64,000 bases of DNA from Harriotta raleighana (lineage: Eukaryota), in contig JBNZDD010013718.1 of the NCBI GenBank assembly GCA_050575255.1, forward strand, positions 6,936,579 through 7,000,578, read 5' to 3'. The notes under the pieces were generated by a model. The model was not told the origin of the DNA and searched no databases. It saw only the letters and a program-made list of their open reading frames with translations. Positions within the stretch are counted from its first letter, which is position 1. Every line of letters begins with the position of its first letter. The position numbers and the translations under genes were made by a program. This document shows positions 35,721-45,803 of the stretch, piece by piece.

Positions 35721-38006
35721 ACTGAAGGCGATTTTGTTGTGAGTTGTGGTTTTATCTTTATTGCATACTGAATGTGAAACAGAGTTTCTACAGTACATAC
35801 CTCAGGGCACACCACAGCTTTACCCTGGCCTAGGCATAAAGTCAAATGAACATTTAACAACAAACTTTATAACCGGAATTATACCACAAACTGCTGTTTT
35901 TTAGAGTACACAATGTCTTGATTTCAAAGGGAATAGCCTTTCCAAGACCTGCCAATGAGCCAGCTGGCTTCGCTGTTAGCAAGCAGTGCCCTGGAGTACT
36001 GCGGACCTGCCTGGCTCGTGAGTTAGACTACCAAGATTGCCACAGAGGGTTGACTCAATTCCAATATTCTGTTGCCAAGCAAGTCACCTTAGAGCCAGTT
36101 CAGCTTGGAGCCAGGCCACTCTCAATTGCACTGTGGATCTGGCTGCTTGAATAACACGAATGACCCATCGTTCAAGATCGCCTTTATTTTTATTTGCTGT
36201 TAACCTCTCCTCATGTCTTCCTAGTGTAAAGGACGAGGTAAGGAACTCAAACAAAGTCGCAATCTTAATACAACATAAAACACTGTGGCAGGTGGCCGAT
36301 CTGCTGTGACATCAATCTTCTCGCACCCGTATCTCTCTCTCGCTCTCTGTCCCACCTTTTCCAGACTCTCTCTCATAAATAATAATAAATAAACATGAAT
36401 AATTCTTGCATTTGATATTGCACATTGTCGTATGGTCGAGATATCTCAAAATGCTTCATAGATGGAGGGACTGTGTATTTTGTATTCCATCAAAGAGACA
36501 CCAAGAACGCACACCCACCTTAACCTCTACTCTGTCTTGCCCTCCACACAGCCAGCCCAGCTGTAACATCCAGGCAGCGCATAATAAACAGCCGTTCCCA
36601 CCCACCTCTTACCCTACAAGTGGTCCAAACTGCGCTAATCCCAACACAACCCACAGAGCACACATGGAATCAACCCTTGAGCCAGCAGAAAGTCAAGATA
36701 AGCGAACTGGGCTCCACTCCTGCACAACACAGCAGTGGCTGGGACCACAGCAACAACAACAACTTGCATTTATATAGCGCCCTCCAGGCCAGATGGCGTC
36801 TCAGAGGAAGTTTCAGAATGAATGACCATTAAATTTTTTTTTATTCCCGAGCCAACAAAAACAGGGCTACACGTGTAACTGAGAATCTGACAGCAAAGCA
36901 CAACAGCCGAGGCAACCAGCTCTCACCCATCCAGATGGCACCCAGCACAAAGTCACCTCCTTCAAAGGAAAGAAAGGAACATTTGTAAAAGAAAACATGT
37001 TGTCTCCTATTCCCTGTTGCTGTAATTTGGGCCTATTGCTCTGCGGACAGGCAATGAAGAGATGAGTGGCAATAGCGGGTGGGGAACTGGGAACTGTTTA
37101 TACGTGTATATGTGGTGGTGGGGGCGAGATATAAACGGACATTGCTCCCCATCAGCTCAATAATGGGACCAGGCAGATGGGGAATGTGAGCACACACCCA
37201 CCAGTCAGTGCCACCTTGTGTTTGTCCTCAAAATACAACACACTAATGTGCTTTCCCTCTCTCAGGGGTTTTGAGAGCTAGGTTGAATGGCGCACGAACA
37301 GCCTGCTTTGGAAAATTAGCGCAAAGGACACCTGAGCTGATTTAATTTGTGCTTCAATGGTTGCAGTTGCTTGGGGTGTGGTGATTTTTAAGCAACTCTT
37401 CGTAGGGTGGATGGGTTTCTTATTAAAATCCTTATTTAGTTATTTTGAAATATTACATGGTGAATATTTGCATTCATTTTCTAAATGTGTTCCACAAATA
37501 GAGGCATAATGGGCTCCCTTGGCTGTTCCATAAATACTGTGTGTCAGCCTGGATCAGTTTAAAAATAATTAGCAGGTTGTGAGTTAATGACCCACATTAG
37601 GACTTCAAATACACAGTCACTCTACTTCATAGTAAATCCTGCAAAGGGCATTGAGAAGTCCTCCTGATGTGAAAGACACTGTACCAAATGCAAGGATTAT
37701 TATTACACGAGCTGTAATGATTGGGAAGAACAGGTACAGATTCCAGTTGGTGCAAAGGCTTTCAATTTAATCTGATTCAATGGCCTGGGATAAAGAACAG
37801 CTGAAAACAGCCAAGGTCATCCCTCCTGATTGCTATCAAGAATTTCAGCTGCAGGTGTGTATGTGTGTGGATTGTGAATGAGGACAGGGTGAAGCTTGGC
37901 ATTGTGGCTGCTTCCGATGGAATAACTTCCCATCATTCAGTGCCAAGGCTTCTGAAAGGATAATGCCTGCTTACGTGAGCTACAAAAGGTTGAGCAGCAA
38001 GCATGC

Positions 38007-38712
38007 CAGTGAAAGGTTGAGTCAAAGGAGAGATGGATAGTACATTGATTGTGATAATTAACACAAGTAAAAGTCCCGCAGTCATACTCAAAGAGGCAGA
38101 GGACCAGGTCTGTAATATGTTATTATTCAAAGAACACAGAGTATCCTTTATAAAGCTTAGCTTGTGTTTTGGAGTTTGTTTTGGTCATTTGTGAGCGATT
38201 AACAGGGAAAATATTCACAGGTCCCTTGACACTAAACAACCTTACAATATATGCACACACCCTTTGGTTGCAGCGCGAGTACTTTATTATCACAGAAGCA
38301 TTAGTTAGGTGACCCCATAATGTTGAGGAAAGCTAACAAGAAATCTTCTTTATATTAGCTCTGCTCTGCTGATGGATTTGCAAATGAGATCATTTAGTTT
38401 TAAAAATAGTAACTTCATGAATCTAGTGACATTTCTGGAACTGCTGTCTATTCTGAGGTTAACTTGGGTTGAGGTGTTCTTGGGAAATGTATTGGCAATC
38501 CAACGTGAATGTGGCTTTGCTGTTATAGCATTGCAAGCTGCTATCTGGTGTGAAGACACCTTCCTTAAAACTGACATATATATGCATCTCTCCCATCATG
38601 ACGGATGCAAATATTCCTTTCCAAATATTTCCCTCTTCCCTCTGCGGGACTTTTGTGTTAATTATCACTATCAATTTACTATCCATCTCTCCTTTGACTC
38701 ACCCTTTCACTG
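38007..38712. mobile_element. Candidate non-autonomous DNA transposon / foldback element with ~72-bp inverted ends
   Basis: 38007-38081 is the reverse complement of 38642-38712 apart from a 4-nt indel and about 3 substitutions; the ends read CAGTGAAAGG...CCTTTCACTG. Confidence 0.6.
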
Positions 38713-40254
38713 AAGTAAGGGCAACCATCCTACTTCGTACATTATTACATTGACTATTTATTCTGCAAAAAGAGACACTACAGCACCCAGAGAAACACAT
38801 CCATAATTTACGAGGTTGCTTTCTCAACTCAGCATTTATCCACTTCAGACTTACCCACTTTGCATGCTGCACGACACCAAGCAAGGATGGGGTGACATCC
38901 GCAGTATAATTATCACAAGGCACATGTCTGACCACATTGATCTTATTCTCTTTGAATCGAGCACTTCCTCCTCAACTGCTGTCTTTACTCATTATACTGT
39001 ACTGCCATCTTCTCAGATGAGTCTATGGCTCTGTCAGCAAATCCCTGAAAGCAAACACACTTTTTCTTTTGATCGTAGCATCTGTTCAAACCGTCAGCAT
39101 ATTGTCTGTGAAATATTCTTTGTAATACAACCTGTCTCACAACCAAATATGCTTTCCACAGTTGTTTATGCTAACTTTCCCTTTCAAGTGTTTTGCTGAA
39201 AAAAAAGTAATTTAGCTGATTATTGCTCCAGTAGTAAAATAGCCAAGCCAAGTTGAACATCAGTGAGGAAGCACAACAGGGAGGGAGCAGTTGATAGCTA
39301 GTGGAACTATATTTTGTTTGTGTATAAGTCTTTGATTTCAGTTTATTTCTGTCATTAATCAATGGTTTATTTTTAGGCTTTGTTACAAGATGACTGTCCA
39401 GCGCCTTGGGACGTCCTCCTGACGTGAAAGACGCTATACGAGTGTACTTCTGTTGTTGTTCTCTTACACGTTGTTTTGTCAACATTGAGAAAAATAAATC
39501 TCAAATTCTCAATTCAGCTGCCACTGATTCCAGTGCAGGAAATGCAATCTTACCAAACAAAAATGGGTTCAACTTTGTAGGCAGCAGAAATTAGAAACTG
39601 CTATCCCATTTAATGTCCGAGGGATGAACAGTGCGCAGAACAGGTATATCTCAGCGAGCGACAAAGTCCCTCAGCCTTTTTCATTACCAGCAGGAAGTTA
39701 TGGAATTTAATCACTGTAACTAATTTTTGCCTCCATGTAAACTTGTAAGAGCCACCCGCAGTGTTGTGTCCTAGATATCCATCCTCAGGTGTACCAAGGG
39801 ATGTAAAATATGAGCAATAGCCACTGAATAATGTATAATTATTCTTCTGTGGCTGAGCGTTTTGTGAACGTGTAATGTTCCATTTATTCGGAGACATTAT
39901 ATAAAAAAAACTCTTGGGTCCTCAAAGTTTTTCTGAGAGTTGAGCTCCCCGATCTCAACCCCACCTTGGGTCCCAAACACTGACCATCCAGTACTTTAGG
40001 ATGTCCTCCCAATGTGAAAGGCACTATACGAATGTAATTTTGTTGTTGTTGTTGAGCCTGTAGAAGTGCACCAGATCTTCTCAATATGAACATGTTAATG
40101 AACTGCTGTTCTCCAGATTCAGATTTTGCTCAGCGCCCATTTGCCACCAAACAGGAATCCAACCTTAGATGGCTCCGATAGTTCTTATTTTATTCTGACC
40201 CAATCCATTGCTTTGATTTATGTTGAACATTGCTGAATGAACACGAGAATAGCC

Positions 40255-40412
40255 CCACAGTTCTTTGTCTGGAAGGTAATTAATAACTGGAACAGGTTAC
40301 CAGCGAGGATGGTTACATCCAAAAGGTCTGATTTTTTTTTTAAGCTGGTTGATGTGGGTGAATGGTAATGGGTAATTTTGGAAGGATAAATTAAATGGGG
40401 CCAATGGACTCC
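40255..40412 (+). mobile_element. CR1-type LINE fragment (ORF2 end plus 3' UTR)
   Basis: Reads KVINNWNRLP (compare CR1 RVVxxWNxLP), then ends in ATGGGGCCAATGGACTCC like CR1 tails. Confidence 0.55.
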
Positions 40413-40719
40413 CAACCCTGCCGTGACATTTCTTTTCGACCGCCCTTTTGGTCACCTTTTTCCCCCTCCCCCTGGCTCGGCCCTGGGATCCGTTATTGGG
40501 AAGCGCTCTGAGACGTCGTCTGACGTGGAGGGCGCTAGATAAATCCAAGGTGTTGTTGTTGTGATCAAAGTTATACTTCTGTGGAAGTTACATGATCAGT
40601 GTATAGTGATATGACTGTGGTGCTGCTTTGGGTATTCATAAGATCACTTGGACCCGTAAAGAGAAATCCCATTATCCAACATTTAGCTGAATATAACCAA
40701 CACTCGGTGTATCACACTC

Positions 40720-41020
40720 AGATTCCTGTAGCTCAGTGGTTAGAGCACTCGCCTTACGATCGAGAGACCTGGGTTCAATTTCAGGCAGGGTGAAACCTTG
40801 GGTAAATTTCCTTACTCCACATGCCTAATAATAATCCCTCACAAAAAAAAATTGGTCATTTCAATCCACGACTGTTTGTGGGACACAGCTGTGTGTGATT
40901 GGCTGCCATGTTTTGCTCACATGTACACTTTGCTTTACAGTATATTCTGTGAAGCACTTTGAGATGTCTAGAAAACGTGAAAAGAAATGCTGTATCAAAT
41001 GCAAGGATTATTATTATTAT
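40720..41020 (+). mobile_element. tRNA-derived SINE, full length
   Basis: TAGCTCAGTGG A box, GGTTCAATTT B-box-like, CTTACGA loop, same core and (ATT)n tail as 26228. Confidence 0.9.
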
Positions 41021-42540
41021 CACCCAACCCAAACGTTTTTTTCCCCCGTCTCTCTTGACAATTTTCTCTGCAGCCTCCTGAAGCTGTTGCCTTCTTTTTA
41101 TTCTATGGGCTATGGTTCCATGGGTATCTTCCAATGNATCACCCAACCCAAACGTTTTTTTCCCCCATCTCTCTTGACAATTTTCTCTGCAGCCTCCTGA
41201 AGCTTTTGCCTTCTTTTTATTCTATGGGCTATGGTTCCATGGGTATCTTCCAATGTCTTGCAGTGTTGCTGTTAATTCACACGTAGCTTTGGCTATTTGA
41301 CCATGAGAGTCAACACAAGTCGAGTCTGATTCTCACTTCACCAAGGGAAAGCAGGATCTTATTTCCACCTCTTAACCCACTATTGCATATATAAATCAGG
41401 ATTGAAAGCTGCAGGTTTACAGTCTGTAAAGGCTGGCTGTTCCTTCCTAGTGAAGGTCGTGCCTTCACTAGGTCATTGGCGGGGCCACACCTGAATTTAT
41501 TTAACGCAGGCAGCAATTCCGTCCATTTTTTCTGTGCCACAAAAGGAGTTAGTGGCTCTTGTTGCTGGCCCTCACGTATAAACTTGTGATAGACATGAAA
41601 AGGAGGAAATGAAATTTCATTTACAAACACATAACAGATTTAAAACACGTTTCACTGACAAATCTAATAAGGTCTGTTTATTTATAAATGGGCATAAACC
41701 CACCTTGATAAAAAGGCATGTTTTATTGTTGAATGGTGATGTTTCTGGGACTGTCCTCCCAACATGAAAGGCACTCTAGAAATGTAATTTTGTTGTTGTA
41801 TAAGCACAAGCTTTAGCACGAGTCTTCTCTGTAAAACTGTTCTGGAAGGTCATTAGATCTTGTGTTGTTAAGATGTAGTTATCTGTATTAGCTCTAATCT
41901 GTATATATTAATGTTAGACAGCCATCTGCTCTTCCCCCATTGCCTGAATCAGCTGAAAAGATATGCTCCTGCTTTCTTTGCTACTCAGTGTTGCTCATGT
42001 TAACAAGCTTGTGCGAACAACCCTGAATTTAGGATTAGTAGTCATGAAGCATTCAGTCTATCTAAATAATGACTGCAAATTTCAGTTCAATTTAAATGCT
42101 ATGGCTGTTTATGGTGACATTGTTAACGCTGTTTATGATGACATTGTTTTTTATATAAACGTAGTTGTCTGGGGCAACAGCTTTCTGATGTCTCCTCATT
42201 GTTCGTTTTGTTCAGAGGTAGATTGAAAGCTTTCGTAACCAAAACATGTAGCTGGCTGCCATGGTGGGGGTGGTAGGGGGAGGTTAGGGTACTGTACAGT
42301 GCTCTGAGGGAGAGAGTATGATGTTTTTGGGGTGCTTGGGGGAAGATGGGAGTGGAGAGATGCTGACTTGGTGAGGAGGGGGTGAAAGGATTAGCAGCAC
42401 TGTATGGTGGCTTATACAGCAGGACAGCTGCTACTGCTGATATAACCTCCTCAGTTTAATTGTTGTTCCAGTACTTGATCCCTATAAGGACATGGAGGAA
42501 TTGAAAGTTTTTTTTCATATTTAGCAGTAAATACCCATTT

Positions 42541-43005
42541 TAATAATCCTTGCATTTGATACAGCGCTTGTCACGTCTTCTAGACTCTCAAAGCACTTCA
42601 TAGAATATACTGTAAAGTGAATTGACTGTATATGTGGGCGAAAATACATCTGAAAATACTGTACTTGTCATCACATGTCTTAACTGCAGATCACATTTTT
42701 TTAATCTCCAACTAAACATCTCTCAGGAGTGCGTTGTAGTGTCAGCTGGATTTAAGTCTTACCTTGTTAAATTTTGGTCAAAGGCGATTCATTGTATCAT
42801 AAAGAAGATGATTCAAGATATTCCCCAAAATACATGGATCAGAATAAACGTTATGTTCATTTCGCGTATATATGTGTGAATAGTAATTATGTGTGCATTT
42901 GATATGGCGCCTTTACATGTCATTCAGATGTCTCAGAGCACCTCGCAGAATGTATTGTAATGTGAATTGACTGTATCTTGTGGGCGAGCGTGGCTGGCAA
43001 ATTCA
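42541..43005 (-). mobile_element. Two SINE 3' fragments (42541-42645 and 42885-43005)
   Basis: TGCATTTGATAC/ATGGCGC...CAGAAT..TGTAA..GTGAATTGACTGTAT..GTGGGCG in both. Confidence 0.75.
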
Positions 43006-43186
43006 TACAATAATTCATTTCTAATCAATTTAGACGCCATTGCCTCTATTTTATTGCATGTGTTGTTCTCCCAGCGAAATACGTACATCCGTAGCATTTA
43101 GATCAATTAAAACAAGAGCGGGTTAGACACTGTCAGTCAACGCTAAAACTTTCTTCAGGGATTAAGTAAGAATGGCAATCCAAAGG

Positions 43187-43500
43187 CACGTTTTCCGAAA
43201 TAGCTTAATAAGAAAAATACTGAATTGTCTTACCAAATCACGTGTCAAAGCACCTGCTGAGCATTACGTGCGGGTAATGTAATTACGCTGTAATGACCAC
43301 AAGTGTTTACGCCTGGGTTGCTTTGGCAACTTTATTTATAGACAAGAAAAACAACTGCCTTTCAGGCGTTACCCTGCCACGTGGCTAGCCACACACTGCT
43401 GCTCTCTGTCACGTTGCCCTCCACACCGAGCCATTGATCAGACACAGGAAGGAAGTGAGGCAGTCAGTCAGTCTAATCCGCTAACCGCGACTGACTGCAC
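43187..43500 (+). promoter_or_regulatory. Distal E-box cluster of the CIART-like gene
   Basis: CACGTT 43187, CACGTG 43239, TACGTG 43265, X-box GTTGCTTTGGCAAC 43317, CACGTG 43378, CACGTT 43410; CpG-enriched. Confidence 0.7.
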
Positions 43501-43922
43501 TGCATCTCTCTCTCTCTCTCTCTCTGTGTGTATGTTGGATCTTAAGACGCTCATTTGCCAATGTAATTGTAGGATCAGCTGGGGGCAGGGATGGGAAGGA
43601 AACCTTGGGAGCTCGGTTTAACCGAATGTTCCAAGTCAAAGCAGGGCCTTTGAGGTGTTAAAATTCAGAAACGTTAACAGCACAAACAACCAAAACAAAC
43701 CCTGTGTCCAGGTAACAGTTGCTTCCATTAAATATATATTATATACTGTATACATATTTTTTGCCAGATGTAAGGCCCAGCCTTTTGGGGGGCTATTTTT
43801 ATAGTTTTTAAACGAAAAAACGCAAATCATTTCTTACTCCATCCCTGTACTAATTAATTGTACTTACAATCTGACAGATTGCCTATCTTTTAGTCTGAAT
43901 CCCATGTATCCCCCCCTCACTA

Positions 43923-43947
43923 CACACACACACACACACACACACAC
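43923..43947. repeat. (AC)n microsatellite
   Basis: Pure ACAC run between the two promoter modules. Confidence 0.9.
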
Positions 43948-44039
43948 TGATCCAGAGATTAACACCAGCTGTAATGAGAACGTTGGGTTTCAGCTGTTTC
44001 GACGCCGCAACATTTGTTACTTTCTCCAGGGGTTACGGC

Positions 44040-44220
44040 AGCTGACATTTGCATAGCCATTGTCCTCCCGACCAATCCAGAGCGAGGACTCCGGGATACC
44101 ACCGTGGCCATTGGCTGCCTATCACAGTGTGGGCGGGGCCGGTCGGTGCGGAGTGCCCGCCCCCACACGTTGCCCCGGGGGCGGCCACACGAGTTGCGAG
44201 CTCATGTGAGTGAGTGAGTC
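44040..44220 (+). promoter_or_regulatory. Proximal promoter of the CIART-like gene
   Basis: Small CpG island with ATTTGCAT 44047, CCAAT 44072, ATTGG 44110, GGGCGGGG 44131, CACGTT 44166, CACGAG 44188. Confidence 0.72.
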
Positions 44221-44494
44221 CAGAGTGTGTGTGTGTGTGTCCAGAGCCTGAGCAAGTGATACATACAGTCAGATAGATCCCACTGGGGAGCAGTATATTG
44301 CAGTCAGTGCGAGAGATCAGGAGCAGAGTTAACTTGGTTGGCAAGCGAGTTCCCTGTGTTATTCGGGGGGCAAATAGCCAGTTAGTCCAGTCTACTGTGT
44401 TCACCAAGAAAACAAAATAACTCCTGCATTTAGTTTGCAGTCTGTCTGCCATAGAATTAACTGCAATCCCCCAAACCTGCCTGGACAACATATA
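44220..44494 (+). other. Probable non-coding first exon of the CIART-like gene
   Basis: Follows the promoter; donors ATA|GTAAGT (44495) and CTG|GTAAGA (44523). The next exon starts at the acceptor at 45206, 9 nt before the ATG. The start coordinate is approximate. Confidence 0.5.
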
Positions 44495-44554
44495 GTAAGT
44501 ACAGTGTCACTTTGATGTTCTGGTAAGACTGACTGTGGATTCTTTCTTTCTCCC

Positions 44555-44630
44555 TGTGTGTGTGGGTGTGAGTGTGTGTGTGGGTGTGAGTGTGTGTGTG
44601 GGTGTGAGTGAGTGTGTGGGTGTGAGTGTG
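44555..44630. repeat. 18-bp tandem repeat (TGTGTGTGTGGGTGTGAG) x ~4
   Basis: Directly visible; produces the HSHPHT repeats in the spurious minus-strand ORF. Confidence 0.9.
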
Positions 44631-45215
44631 TTTTCAGATCAGCGATGGTCGATCTATACAAATTGCACGTTTGACAAGTCTCTATGTTTAAAATTAATGC
44701 ATTGCAAAAAAAAGCAAAGCGCTTTTTTTTAACCCTCATTTATTCCCCATCCCTCAGAGGATTGAAGTGTGGTTATGGAGGCAGAAAGAGACAATATTTG
44801 GGATTAGGATTGGGATAATCTTTCTGACAATGTACGCGTTCATCATCACTGTATCGTTTCTTTCACAGGCGAAGATGTTTTTAAAACTGTTTATTTTATG
44901 AGTCATATACAGGGATTCCCCTTAGTTTTTTTAAAATAGATCATTCACGAATTAAACACTCATTACATTTAGATTTTTTTTAAAAAGGATTAAAATGGAC
45001 AATATTAAAATTACAGGTGATTCGTGTGCTCAGCAGTTAAATTAAAATTAGTGAGCAAGTATTATAATAATAATATAATAATAATAATCCTTACATTTAT
45101 ATAGCGCTTTCCACATCTTATCGACGTCTCAAAGCGCTTCACAGAAAAGTGATTTATTACATGAACCTTGATAACTCGGTGTCTAATGCATTGTGTTGTA
45201 TTTCAGAAAACAGCT

Positions 45216-45803
45216 ATGCATTTGGTGGTAGAACTTCCAAGCAGCAGCATATCACTCGGTGAGTCTGATTATTCAACAGACTGGTTTACAAGTGACGATG
45301 AAGGGAGTGAAATATTTTACTCTGATAGTGAGAGTGAAATAAAATGTGATGAGCTGTCCTCAGTAATGCATGGCTCCTTTGCATACTCTTCCAGAGATTT
45401 TGAATCTCAAGAAAATCTTAAAACAACCATCAAGGCAGCGGAGAGAAAAAACATCCATGCCCTGCAGTTGCTTCCATCAGCATCGAATGCCTCTGGTGTC
45501 AGTGAATCCACTGTCCCCGTGGATAAAGATCTTCTCGAATGCGGTTATTCTTCCAGAAGTGACCTTTTAATCAAAACACTGAGTAATCAGGCATCCTTTC
45601 GTAGCAGTATCGTAGCATCTGTAATGAGTTCCAACAAAATGTGCGAAGATGCAACCATAAGTCTTCCAGGACTCCATGCCATTGACAATTCTTTTGCTAA
45701 AACAATCGTGCCAATTAAAAGGAAAAGAGAAAAGCAAGACTTAAAAATGGCGACAGAAGACGTCAGCACAATGTCTGAAGGGGACATCATCTTTGCCCAA
45801 AAG
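45216..45803 (+). CDS. CIART-like coding exon 1 (acidic Ser-rich N-terminus, PIKRKREK, start of the conserved domain)
   Basis: Acceptor tttcag ending at 45206, ATG at 45216, 196 open codons, donor AAG|GTAAAA. Confidence 0.88.

Noticed and set aside
37760-37990. Possible ancient SINE-like relic (similar hints near 2700, 9660 and 62570)
   Set aside because: Resemblance too faint to name or delimit without a profile search.
41019-41255. 118-bp tandem duplication
   Set aside because: The copies are separated by a single N (41137) and differ at only two positions, typical of unmerged allelic contig ends; treated as an assembly artefact.
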